A DNA stretch of 64,000 nt from Ophelia neglecta (lineage: Eukaryota). The number at the start of each line of letters is the position of its first letter. Within the stretch, counting starts at the first letter, position 1. Made by a program: the position numbers and the translations under genes. Below are positions 26,429-39,200 of the stretch, piece after piece. Under the pieces are notes generated by a model. It saw nothing but the letters and a program-made list of their open reading frames with translations, did not search any database and had not been told where the DNA came from. The stretch spans positions 78,058,001 to 78,122,000 of the forward strand of contig OZ260662.1 of the NCBI GenBank assembly GCA_965285935.1, written 5' to 3'.

Positions 26429-27784
26429 ATGGCTGTAATGAATACCAGCAATATTGACCTGACAAGCAGGAATCTGGATAACTGTACTGATTGCTCGTAC
26501 AGTGTGGCCGGGCCGAGGGAGATGACGACACAGATTGTTCTGACTATGAAACCCCACAGCTTGGCTCACCTGCTGGCCACCTCAATCGTACTGGGCACAA
26601 TCATCCTCTCCACCATCATCGGCAACGTCTTCGTCATCGCGGCGGTGATACTGGAGAAGAACTTGCACAATGTGGCCAACTATTTGATCTCGTCTCTGGC
26701 AGTGGCCGACTTGATGGTCGCATCACTCGTAATGCCATTGGCTGCCCTGAATGAGGTGAGCGCGCAGTGGTTTCTGGGAAACGGGGTGTGTGACATGTTC
26801 GTGTCATTTGACGTATTGTGTTGTACGTCGTCTATCCTTCATCTTGTGGCCATAGCCCTGGACCGCTACTGGGCGGTCACGCAGGTGGACTACATACACA
26901 ACCGCTCGGCCAAGAGGATACTACTGATGGTGGCTCTGAGCTGGGGGATCAGTGCCACCATCTCAATCCCTCCGCTGTTTGGGTGGAAGAACGCCAAAGA
27001 CAACCCCAACTCCACCGGCGAGTGTATCATTAGCCAGGACTGGGGCTACACCGTCTTCTCCACAATCGGCGCTTTTTACTTACCCCTTCTTGTGATGATC
27101 ATCATTTACATAAAAATCTTCCGAGCGGCACGGCGGCGGATACGAAAGAAGCATTTCAAGCATAAAGGAATGGACCCAGCTGCTCCCCGGCCTTTGTTAA
27201 GTGAACCCGCGACAGAGCATGGGACTCCTCTGAATGTAGTGCCATCTTCGCTGAGTCAGAGCCCCGAACCTTCCAGCAATGGCTCGGCAATGCCTTTAAA
27301 CGACGCAAATAGGAATAACAAACAGTATCTGACAGTCACCCCACCCGCCTCGCCTCTTCTCAAACAAAATCAAATTCACCACAAATCGAGTTGGATTGAT
27401 TTGACAAAAGAGTATCTGAAGGGTGAGGGACCCAAAAAGTCTCGAGACGGCCTTTCCCCCAAGCGACGAAAGACTAAAGAACGCCTTGAGCAGAAGCGTG
27501 AGCGAAAAGCCGCTCGGACTCTGGGCATTATTACCGGGTCCTTTATCTTCTGCTGGCTGCCTTTCTTCATTGTAGCAATTGTACGACCTTTTTGTGGAAG
27601 CAGTTGCCACTACCCGTCTCCGTTGATGAGTATTATCGGCTGGCTGGGCTACTTCAACAGCCTCCTCAATCCAATCATCTATACTATATTCAACCCGGAC
27701 TTTCGGTCTGCGTTCAGGAAAATTCTGTTTGGAAAGTATCACAACAGACGGGGACGAGGTTACCGTAATGCGCGCAGGAGGTGA
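26429..27784 (+). CDS. 5-hydroxytryptamine (serotonin) receptor, 5-HT1 / 5-HT1A-like class A GPCR, 451 aa, intronless CDS
   Basis: Seven hydrophobic segments with rhodopsin-family motifs: TM1 GN, TM2 LAVAD, TM3 FDVLCCTSSILHLVAIALDRYW (amine-binding D3.32, typical of 5-HT1A-like receptors), TM5 STIGAFYLP, long ICL3 ending ERKAARTLG, TM6 FIFCWLPFF, TM7 WLGYFNSLLNPIIY, short C-tail. N-glycosylation sequons NTS and NCT in the N-terminus. Start context aaaATGg with an in-frame stop upstream at 26387-26389. Exact orthologue not assignable without a tree. Confidence 0.95.
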   Translation: MAVMNTSNIDLTSRNLDNCTDCSYSVAGPREMTTQIVLTMKPHSLAHLLATSIVLGTIILSTIIGNVFVIAAVILEKNLHNVANYLISSLAVADLMVASLVMPLAALNEVSAQWFLGNGVCDMFVSFDVLCCTSSILHLVAIALDRYWAVTQVDYIHNRSAKRILLMVALSWGISATISIPPLFGWKNAKDNPNSTGECIISQDWGYTVFSTIGAFYLPLLVMIIIYIKIFRAARRRIRKKHFKHKGMDPAAPRPLLSEPATEHGTPLNVVPSSLSQSPEPSSNGSAMPLNDANRNNKQYLTVTPPASPLLKQNQIHHKSSWIDLTKEYLKGEGPKKSRDGLSPKRRKTKERLEQKRERKAARTLGIITGSFIFCWLPFFIVAIVRPFCGSSCHYPSPLMSIIGWLGYFNSLLNPIIYTIFNPDFRSAFRKILFGKYHNRRGRGYRNARRR

Positions 27785-29081
27785 CGTGATTTCGTGTTGC
27801 GTGCTGGCACGACCCCACAGGGTGGAGTTTGGGACTTGTCAGTCATAGAGGTTGTAAGTGGCAGCGATATGTATAACGCCTTTAAGATGGCAGCCGACAT
27901 CGCGTATCGGTCATGTCAACTGATTCTCGGGGCGTATTGGACAGCCATCTCGTGTAATCGAAACAGCAAACAAATTAGGGAAGGAATGATTATAGACAGG
28001 CCCCACACCAAACCTATTTCGCGTGTTGTGCTGTCGGTTTCGTGCCCGCAAATTTAGACTGGAAGTTTATTTGCAAGTAATGTACTTGAAGCGCTCTTTC
28101 CGAGCTGCCATCCCAGAAACAGTTTGGATTTGATTACAAAACTTAATCATATTTGGGTGTCTGGGCACGCCATCCGCTGTGTGTACCGCTGCCTTTCTGT
28201 GGGCTTTCATTTACAGTGTCTGTTTGACCGGCTGTGTCAAACCGGGCACTCTCTACCGGACAACAAAAAACAACCGCATCCAACGCACTTTTTATATTTG
28301 CTTATATACCCCCTTTGGTCATTCATATCCGACGGAGAAGATGGCCACGCGGTGCCTTCCGCCCCAGCCCCATGACTGGTGTTAGCTGCCAGCCAACTCA
28401 AGTCTAACCTTGTTCCTCATTAGACTCCCTTCTATTGCATACATCTGGCAAGGTGAAGAGGACAACAGTCAATTTGCCTGCCTGTAATGTCTGATCCGGG
28501 GGCCCCAACCCTTCTACACATGATGAGGGACACATTCACAATTGCATGTGATATTTGTGCAGACCCCCGGCTTTATTCGGCATTATAAATACATTGCTGT
28601 GTTCGGGGACAACCGGTCTATTCGATTGCTGAGATCGATGCCGATGTTGAATTGGCAATCATCCAATGTGGATACGACTCGAGCAGCTAACCATATACTT
28701 TAGCAGTATACGGCACTATAAGCTAGTATCAGTACTTATAATTATTTTAATATGAATATAATTTCAAGTAATCATACACTAATTGTGCTTCTTTGACAAT
28801 GACAATAACCACTTGTTGCCCAAATAAGGTGTAATCTAGATATATGCGCTGCTCTGTGTTCAAAACATGAGGCGATTCCTTTCTTCTTCGTTTCTCTAGT
28901 CACACGGCGTCACTGCCGCAAGTGTTCTGTGATAGCTTGATATGTCTTAGCCTCGTGATGAAACCTAAGAAAATTAAGCAAATTTCTGTCTTAATTGTTA
29001 TAGCGATAACACTGGTCAACTCCATACAATTCGATTAATATTTGTAGAACCGTAAGCTGTATCAACAATATTAACCGTCAA

Positions 29082-29087
29082 AATAAA
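29082..29087 (+). terminator. Candidate polyadenylation signal of the receptor mRNA
   Basis: First canonical AATAAA I found downstream of the stop codon, followed about 20-45 nt later by a U/GU-rich tract (ttttatttcacttttatttgtctttgttg). Confidence 0.45.
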
Positions 29088-29834
29088 CATCAACGTATGT
29101 TCAGCATTTTTATTTCACTTTTATTTGTCTTTGTTGAGGATGGAGCCAATATGACCACGTTCTATAATAATTTCTTGTTTATCTTGATTGGCCAAACATG
29201 CCAAAAATTTGCAGCACTCTCATTTTTCACATTTACCATATGTCCTAAGCCTTAGTTGTTACCGTAGTGACTCGAGTCATGTGATTGAGCAAATCGGGAT
29301 ACCTCCGATATAATCATATCACCTTTTGATCGGCGTGAACATAAGGCACAAGGTCGCTCTGTAATACGAATTCATATTCATTCTTTCAGCCAGGCGAGTG
29401 AAATATAAACAAAAGATGTCCATGAGACAAAATAATTACCAAATTCCAAAACAATAATTATTCCCCTAGAACCTAATTATACAAACAATAGGTCTAACTA
29501 TAATATATTTATTTCTGCCAAAGCTGTCTCCTGGCTTCCTAGTTGTATTCTTTTTCTTGATTTAATTGTTTTTACTTGCCCACAATAATTTGCACGTTTT
29601 CTGAAATACATTTATAAGTAATTTTATCGCCTCATCCTGTGACTTCCGGCTCTTTAAAGTATTCGGTGAGTCGTCAGTTTACAAACCCACCGATATGCAG
29701 CATAATGGCTAGACTTTTCTGGTGTCGGACTTCACGCCATATGAGTTTAAGATGTGTAAATCTATTTGAATTTGTACTTCAATCTGGATTTAAAGGATTA
29801 AATTTTTCGAAATAAGCAAATTGATTAAGAATGT

Positions 29835-31590
29835 GCATTATTTTATATTTAGTATATTAATCACTAATTGATAATAGGTCAGACCCAATAATTAGTGATC
29901 ATTTGACATGCCACGTAGCTCACCATAATAACTTTTCTGTTCAGTTCTATAGAATTATACGTTTCTACAGAAAGAGAGTAATTGAATGATAACACTGTCG
30001 TTGAATGGCAACCTGTGTTAATAAATTACCCCACATTGGCGGACAATACACCATTCAAAGAAAACAGTGACACAACCATAACGTCCAAGCAGGAAGCTTT
30101 AGCACAGTTGGGAATTATTGACATCCCTGATAACGTTCTTGGCGCACTATTAGACTTTTTAGTATCAACTAATATTATAATTTAAGCTTATTGAAGACTG
30201 TAACTAAATATTGGTTTTTATATAACTGGTAAGCTATTGGGAGCCGACCTCGAAATCCTGTTTTATTACGTCCTTCGGTCCCAAATTACTGGTATATGTC
30301 GTCTCCCGGGAACTTATTGCCCTAGGGTTTTAAGCTCGTGGGACTTAACAGACCTAAAATCTGACACACCTACATTTAAAACATAAGAAAGGGTGTGCCT
30401 CTAGCACCCGCCAACCTTATAAGTCAAAAAGGAAGATAGTTTCTCGCTGTAAAATGACTTGAAGTTTTTCAGTCAAGAAGGACATGAAGGCTTGTGGTAA
30501 ACAGGCAGAGTTTCAACCAAGTTTGCGACATGAATGTTAAAAGTTGTGTATATTCCTTCTGCTGCTGTAACAAGTGAATTCACAATGAACTTTTTTCGAA
30601 TGCCGTATTTGCAACAACCTTCCTAAATTAAATATGAAAATTTGAGGTGTTCTTCCCTGCTCGCACCCCTACTTCTCATCGTATTGCCATTTGGTACAAA
30701 CCTCCATTCTTTATTCGTAATCGTCTTATCTCGTTTAAAGTTTCTTTTTCCACTCTGACTAGTTTTAGTTTCAGGGGACCTTACTTATTTAATCATTAAC
30801 TTTCTTTAAGTATTTATAAGCCCGATTTAAGATATTTGAGTCACAAACTACAATGTGATCAACCAACTTGGTTATGTAATTATTTTGTTAATTCAGATTA
30901 TTAATTCAAACTGTTTTCATTGTTTCATATTCATATTTAGTATATCATTCACGTAATTGTTTCAATTTAGAAAGTTAGTCATTGAATGATAATGCTGTGG
31001 AAAAGCCACCTTGTATTGATAAACTAGGTCACGTTAACGGACAAAACACTTTACGAGTATCAAAAATATCACATTCCTAAGGGAAAGAACCGGAAGTGGA
31101 TTCCTTTCACTTAATTATCAACCAGGAATTAAAGCGGTCCAAATTCTAAACAACCAACAGCCCCCGCAGGGACCAGTCCCCACGAGTTCTCTCATTGTAA
31201 AAAAAAAACAAATAAATCAGTGGTCAATCGTCAACGTAATACAAAGATGAAAATATGCCCTACGAGGATGCTTGGGCACTTCTAATGGTAATAGATTTTA
31301 CGGAAAAAAACACACGCTTGCTTGGCGCGCTTAGACTTGTTTTTAACATTGCTTATGCTAATATAATTAGTCTTTTAGTACTAAATCTGAAAGACCCCCC
31401 CCCCCCTCCTCCCCTCCCCACAAACATTAAACGACAGTATGCTAAAGTGCAGCAGATGACCCGCTTTTACGCTGTAACATGTTTGGAAGTTTTTCAGTCA
31501 AGGATGACAAATTCAGCTGGTAAACAGACAGGTTGTTTACTGAGTGTACGAAATGTATGTAAATGGCTGTGAATGTTTTTCACTTGTAGC
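29835..31590. repeat. Ancient tandem duplication, about 1 kb period, 2 diverged copies
   Basis: Collinear blocks: atatttagtatat (about 29846/30934), attgaatgataa (29981/30981), ggacaa-acac, cttggcgc..ttagactt (about 30138/31321), gaagtttttcagtcaag..tggtaaacag (about 30461/31486). Confidence 0.8.
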
Positions 31591-34500
31591 ATTTTGCTGT
31601 CGTCAAAATCAATATTAATGTCAAATAATTTTTATATAATAACTTTGATATGGCAGTTAAGCCCTCATGGCATATTTTATGGTTATGCTGATATATCAAT
31701 GTTTGCATGGTTCTTCCCGTCTATCATTTATAAGTGAAAAAATGACATTTTCAGGGGTGAGGCAAGACAAACTGGTCGAGGTATTCCATGGAACGAAATG
31801 ACTTAAAATCATGAGATTTCTAAGCACCACATTTATGGGACAAATGGAAAGGTGTCTTCATATTTCACGAATTTGTGTCAAAAACTCACTAGAATATCGC
31901 CCAATGAGCAGAAAACAAAAATTGTCAGAATATGTAACTATGCAAACTGCACTTCTCGACACTGACAACATGTAACACTTTCACAATGAATTAGTTCAGC
32001 CATTTGCAGTTGATGCAAACATAATCAGAATACCAATTGCCAAAGCATCCTGTATGAATGGAGGCATATCACCCAATAATTTAACGTATGATCGGCATCA
32101 TCAATGAAATATAACGACACCAGCATCTAATTACGTACATATTGATACATTACTCCACACTTTCAGGTTGGTTGAAATTGTCAATAAAGATTGACTTTGA
32201 TAATAATCAAATTATAGTCCGGTCAATTTGTACACTTTAAATGGAACAGTTTTCATAAAATCGATCAATGTTTCATCAGTGTTGTAGGAGGGTCTCCTCA
32301 TTTCCTCCGGTTCCTGTTACAGATGAACAGTATACACAATTATGTGATCATACTCTACAACAATAATGCAAAGTATGCCAAAATACATTGTATTATTTCT
32401 CATTCTGGCAGGTTCTTGCGAGATATATGATCAGGCACTGGTATCGATCCATATCATTTTGAAAATGGCCACTCTTCCGGTTCTCGAGGACAAGGTTTAC
32501 AGGAGAACCTGATCGTTTGCATTATTGTTGCCTGAAAGTACATTCATAATGACAAAGAGGTATACAGATTTACCATGCTTCTATAAATCTTTCACCATTG
32601 GTATAAGGATTCCTTGATTTTCCATCAAAACAAAGGCTTTGTTACTCTAAAGTTCCATCTCCAGTCCATTGTGTGCTTAGAATATCCGTTCCCTTGGATT
32701 CTAATTAAGTTACGGTCAAATCAATCGGTCTCAAGGTCACTTCATCCCCAATCATGTTGTTCCCGCAATACTCCTACCACGATTTTTTTCTTGTCTTCAG
32801 TCCGATTACAGACTCAAGTACTCCATTCATTTTTATTGTATTTCTTTCAAAGTAATTCTCCAGCGAGGCTTTACATGTCATTCTCATAACTATTGTGCTC
32901 GGCGTAGTTTTAACTTTCTCTGGTTATATTGGTTAAAAAGATAAACTCAAATAGAAAGCCCACCTATACCTATTAATGCACATTGCATGGTGCACCTTGT
33001 CCGTGTACCTAATATATATATTAGTCTTCTTGGACATTTTGTGCCATGGCAATCAGTTCCCCAGGAATTTCTCCCCAAGTTGGCCTATCTTTAGTCCTTT
33101 TAATTTCTTAATTTCTTAAAATTTGCATAGCAGTCCTATATGCACTGACGTATTTAAAATACTCTAGCAGAACAAAATTGCTGTAGGTGGAAGAAGGAAG
33201 GTTCCAGTAAGCAAAACCAGAATCTTTCTTAGAAAGTTCTCATAAGGCCATTAAATGCTGATAGGCTGTAGATTGAGAGACAAATATCAAATCATTTAAA
33301 ATTTAAACCAAAACCTGCAGCTATCCTATCAGAACATTATGGACTTGCATCTAAACATTTTTTTGCTTTTTTAAAAGTAATTAAGAAATTCGATAATACA
33401 CATGTTTTCTACCAGAAAGTAGCCTTCAGGCAGCACGTCGTAGTTTGTGTATATTAGGTAAGTAGACCAATATAAGTATTCATGGTGGACAAGTGCGTGA
33501 GAAAATATACAATAAAATGGATTTGGACAACATCAATTCCAATATTTACAGGCGTTGTCTGTACATAACGGGATGAATATTAGTGTTCTAAGCAATTGGC
33601 ACGTCGGTTCGGGTATGGCAATTGCTTAGAAAGCTTTCATTATTCAAACTAATCAATAGCATAGAAGCAGACACCAAAGCACAAATTCTCTTTGGTAAAT
33701 GTTTTCGAATGCGAGGCGCTTTTGTAAGACTGGGGCTTAAGCATCAAGGGCAAAGTTACCATGCCATGAAGTGTCTTTTCATTTGCCCATGCCTCGGCAT
33801 TTCTACTAGATTGCTGTGCTGTTTTTCCTGGAATTTGGCAAATTCAATTATATCTTCAAAATTTGATTAAGTAACAGCCATGGACACTGTTCTTTTCGCA
33901 ATGCATCTATGATAATACCTTTATTATCCCTTAGTTGCTTTTCGTTTTATGTTGGACCCAAAACACCATATGTAGGTCGACATGTATGAACAAAATAATA
34001 TTGAGCGATAATGTGGGACATAATATGAATAGCGTAGCCTTGTAGCAGACACGCATCCTGTATATTAATCATATTTGATTTGCCCCAGCTACCGGAGAAT
34101 TGCTACGTAGGGTGACATCATTATCTTTTTGTGTAGGCGATTCATGATTCTAGAATTATCCTCTTGCCTCGCCGCTGGTGACACTCTGTACAGGCGCCTT
34201 AAAAACAAATCTATAAATCTAACCATCACTATAATGGCTTACTCGGGACGAGTTCGATTAGCGATACTCCGATGGATTAGTATACAAATAGAGGGAGACA
34301 ATTGGCGTAAAAGAGTTCGTGACCCGACAAATGTAAGCGGGAGTGGGGCGCATTCTCTGGAAATGGGTGTTTGTTTGACCTAACATCTCTCCGTCGATGG
34401 ATTGCGACTTCTGCAGAGCACCTGTGTGTACACCCTACCGAAGTGTGTTTTATTGAACAACTATAACTGGGACAATTAGCTATTGTCTGTTGTATACCCC

Positions 34501-35599
34501 AGGCCAGGAGAATATCCGATTTTCCCATTTATCATCTTGGCACAGCTTGAACAAGTCGAAAACGTTAAACCAAACAGCGTTTGCATCGGTTAAAGATGGT
34601 TCCGGCGTCAAATTTAAATGTTCATTTGCCACAGACTGATAGACTAAATGCAAATTGCGTATTTTGACTTCTTGTTATGGTTTGCAAATTTTGAAAAGAC
34701 AGTTGAAATGCAATCGTACGGACCTTAGGCGTATTATTATATTTATATAACCTTGGGTAGTACCAACTAGGCCTATAATTAAATGTATAACTGTTGAATT
34801 GACCAATGAATGATTATTCAGAACTATATCTTACAGGTATTTTAGTGTTAGAATTAACATAAATTTGGTCGAATCTTATTCAGATAAGCTGCATCACATT
34901 GCCTGTAGAAACAGACGAGGAAATATATTGAGCAAGCCTTATTTAAAAACAAATAAGACCTTCCTCCTATGTCTTATGAAATATTGTATTCAAATTGTTA
35001 TACATTGTTTTGAAATTTATTGGGGCAACAATCCACGCTCATGTAATATTTTCCATTATACAGCGATCTCTGAAATAAATATATGAATAAAAGCTATTGG
35101 ACTTTCAGGACAACACCGATATGATCATATCAAGGAAATCATTTTTATAGCTTTATTATGACAAATTACCAGAAGCGAAACATGATGACGTTGTCCTCAT
35201 TCGAGGTTTTACACTATGGCGATATTCTGGTAAGTAACACACGGCATCTCTGCACAAGCAACAGTGTTTTATCGACCATTCATATATAGCGTTTATAACA
35301 GAGAGTAATTACGAAACCTGGATATGCACTCTAATGCTACTGCTAGTTCATAACTCATGTCAGGCATGTAATTTGCCTTAACATTCATCGTCAACAATGT
35401 GCAGATAATTCGACACCCTTAGAAGGGCGATCATTCGATTACATTAAAGACACTCGCCGAATGTAAAGCGTTCCTTCTTACACCTTCTCTCGTTATTTTT
35501 CTGAAAGACTTGGTAGGGTTCAATTTATTCACGAGCATCAGCAATGTTTATTAGGATTACACGATAAAAAATATAATATATATTCAGATTGTGGACTTT

Positions 35600-36230
35600 T
35601 TTATCCCAAAATACTCCATAATTATATTCGTGCAAACTTCAAGTTTCTAAGGCCCTTCGTCACTATGTTTATGCCCCCAAACTTTATCACCGCTTGTGTT
35701 TTGTCTAACAAGTATCTACACCTATTTGTCCTAGATTCCAAACTACAGCCAAGGTACGGTTAAACAGTTTGCGAACCAGGGGCAGCTTGTTGTTTATCTT
35801 TCAATTTATGTTTAATAGTATACCATAAAATTTATACCAAGCTTTACCAGCCCGAAGGATCTCGTTTTTGTTTCCGCTAGCAAACATCGCATCCCAGACT
35901 TCTGTATTTTAGATCTGAGTTTGACGGTAAAAGCAATAAGAACTCAACCCATGGCTGCAAAATCCTGGTAGTCCTTTCTTAGATGCGATGGACTAACCGG
36001 TGTTGTCCCGGAAATGTTGTCTTAGATTCAAGTTACTAGAAAACCTAAGGCGCCAGACATTTTGTTTTGAAACTTAAGATTAAAAACATACCAGCAATGG
36101 ATTGACAGGATCACAACCTTGGATATATTGTCTCAGATTTATTTCGATATGTCTATCAAGGCCTGGAAGTTAGAGTTATTCTTATCCTGGCTATTGCGGT
36201 CTTGCCTAAAGTATTGTTATCACCCAATGA
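35600..36230 (-). mobile_element. Possible decayed LINE ORF1 relic
   Basis: Minus-strand fragments VHRI, AMFASGNKNEILRAGK and GINIV...ARI.LW resemble the HR / IAKF / K..IL / I..DL..R..L pattern of CR1/L1-type ORF1. Weak. Confidence 0.25.
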
Positions 36231-39200
36231 ACTGATAAGTTGTTGGCCCAAACATTTCTGCTTGAAAACGGATTTTATGAATATCACCAAGCAATGAACT
36301 GACAGCCACAAACCGCGGGCAACCCGTTGTGAAATTTATGGTTGTTTTGCAATGGACTGACATGGTGCGAACCATGAACATGCCGTTATGGATTCAAATA
36401 GATTTACCATGCAGTAGAGCGACAAGCTGCTATAGGGGTTCGAAGATTGCCACAGCTTAGCTGAAATACCAAACTCTTCTTCCTAAAATCAGCATGAGTT
36501 GCCTTTAAATCAGCAGCTTCTAGCAACTTTTAACAAGCTTAGCCTATTTTTCCATAAATAAAAACTGGTACGTCGACACTTGGAAGAAAAACACGCTAAT
36601 GCAGACAAGGAATGTGTACCGCCATTGTACCGTAATGCTATGTATATTCCTATCTCCCCCCCTCCCCCCCCCCTCCCCCCCAACTAGATGCAAAATAAGA
36701 TTACCCTTTCTTATTCATGTAGGAAGGAACAAAAGTATACGACGTATAAACAAATCAAGACGGATTCATCAAGAGTGCAAAGCCCTTTAAATAATACCTT
36801 TCGATTATAGGCAGCTTATGATGTCTCGACTGGAATAAAAGACTTCCGGTATTTGATGGCGCAAACAAAGAAGTGCTTGATTCTTAAGAGGTCACGTGAG
36901 GTTGAGGTGTGTGGTTGGATAGACCTTAACATCTGAGGCATCTGGCTAATGTTATTTTGTCAAGGTGTCACCGATGCTGTAAACTGTTTATCTAAATTAT
37001 AAATATTTGAAAAACTTTCACCATAACTTTGACTTCTTTACCTCCAAGGAATGGCGACCTAATGAAGCGTTAACGATATCAGTGTTGCTGTAATTGGAAC
37101 AAGAGCTCTGGGTTTCACCATCTCAAGGTCAGTTTAATGTAACTTGTCGGATTATTTATCAAGAGCCCCAATTGTTGAAATTCTTACTTGTGTGTCTTCC
37201 ATGGACAATGTTTCCCTGCTTACGGACTATTTTTGTTTCCATCAATCACTAGATACCACTGTATCCGAAAAGTAGGCCTCTTATCAGGTCTTATCCTCCA
37301 GACTAGACCACACACTATCATAACAATGCTGTCCAAATAATTGGAGAATCCCTAAAATGTAGCACATTAAGATTGTGGAATATTGGGAAGTTGGGGTCTA
37401 TTTGTACACGTGCCTGTGTAAATATTGATGCTGCTCGTTTCAGGTCGTGCCACCGCGAGGTCAGATGAGTAATTACCTTGCAGTGAAACTTGTCCTCCTT
37501 AAAACATCAAATTTTTCGATTGGAGGTAAAGTGGGCCCTGCGGATATTGGTTTTCTTACAGAATGTTATTTCGGGAACCTCTTGTCTCTGCACTGGCGAA
37601 ATGGAAAACCAATGTCAGCTGAAATCAACTAACCGAGCATGTTTGATTGGGTAATTGGTGAGAATGAACAGAAGCTATGGAAACTTTGGCTAGGAATCTG
37701 ACAGGTTTTGGAGGACGTCTTCCGTACGTTTTAAACTGACTGTGCTATCCGCCTTTCCCTCTTCCCGTTTTGCTTATTCGATGGGCTCTTGAATTTGATT
37801 TATAACCTGTAGATGTGACAGCAGAATAAATGTATCGACGCTAAAATGAGAAACAAAAGCCATATATTTGGCTCGAAGTCGGTCTTTTATTTCCCTATAA
37901 CTAGCTTTACTAGCTTTATGTCTTTCTTTTCTCTCGTTCACTGGTTTTTAACAACCGCGCAGGCCCGCTTTCTTCGCAAACTTGAATTATGAAATCGCGT
38001 CCACAAATAAACATAGGGTGGGCATGACCATCAACACGGTGGTGTCAGACGGTTAACAAACTCAATTTTCAAGTCGTCATTGTTTCTATCATAAAATACT
38101 ACCAAAAGTTAGCGGGCTTTCTTACTATGCGTGTCAGCGCTCTTTCGGCATGTGACCCAGTTAACGATGACCAATAAAACACAACGCCAGTGGCTATAAA
38201 GTTGCAATCGGCAGCAGGAAATACCGGAGAGGAAACTCGTATATTTGGGGGCGATAATCTGGGATATCAATCCGGATCACCACATGATTACACACGGAGT
38301 ATAGGTGGGCGAATAATATGCATAACGTCGGAGGCACTCAATTTTCAGACATCATCCGTTTTCAATAAAACCAGACGATGCTGTCAAACCGTCGGCATGC
38401 TGGATGATTCCCAATACATCAATGTCCGACTGGTTGGCGTCAATTTACATAGAGTTTTTGCCCTCTTTGTTGTACGACGATAAACTTTTTTAATAAACAA
38501 ACCAGTCTAGTTGGCCTGATCTTGAGCGATGTCTCCTTTGAAGCAATGTAAGAGTGACAAATTGTTAAGTTGCTTTCCCAAAAGAACGCCATTTTTTATT
38601 TTTAACATATTGAGGTGGTATTGCGGGTAAATGCATTACTGTAGATAATGTACAACCTGGTCTTTTTTACAGGTCCTTATGTTATCATGCATTCTAATTA
38701 TTGCGCTAATTATTGTGCTAATTTTGATATATTGAATTATAGCCTATCCTGGGAGCACACGCCAGTAATCTGAGCCGGGCTTAACATATAATTAAATCAA
38801 GCAATTCTTGAAACTTTGTAATATTGCCAGTTCAAAAGTAAACGAGTCCATGAATTTGATATCAGATGACTAATAAGTTATCAGAAGAAATCATGAAATG
38901 GCGTGACCATTCCAAGAGATAGCATTTGAACATAGAAGAAGATTCAGCGTAACACCACGCACATGACAGAGATGTCCCTTAATAATAATGAAATCCAATA
39001 TGCCATTAATATATTGAGACATGCACATATCATTCGTCACGTGTGGCGCTAACGCTTAGGTCAAAGGAATTAATGCCCTACTTCCGGTTCCTTTATTTCA
39101 AACACAGACAAAGCCTTAGGGACTAAGCTTTTTATCAATTAATATGATCATGTAAAACAAAACATAATGGTCACCTTCTGATCTATCTTTCCGTTTGCTC

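Noticed and set aside
27296-27742. 148-aa antisense ORF, and other ORFs overlapping the receptor
   Set aside because: Shadow ORFs of a GC-rich coding sequence with no independent support.
28370-28430. SECIS element recoding the receptor UGA as selenocysteine
   Set aside because: An ATGA and small hairpins are present, but I could not form the canonical G-A quartet with a conserved AA loop.
34440-34640. Merlin/ISXO2-like transposase N-terminus on the minus strand (NVFDLFKLCQDD..WGI..CP..C)
   Set aside because: No catalytic DDE motifs or TIRs recovered, and the similarity is too short.
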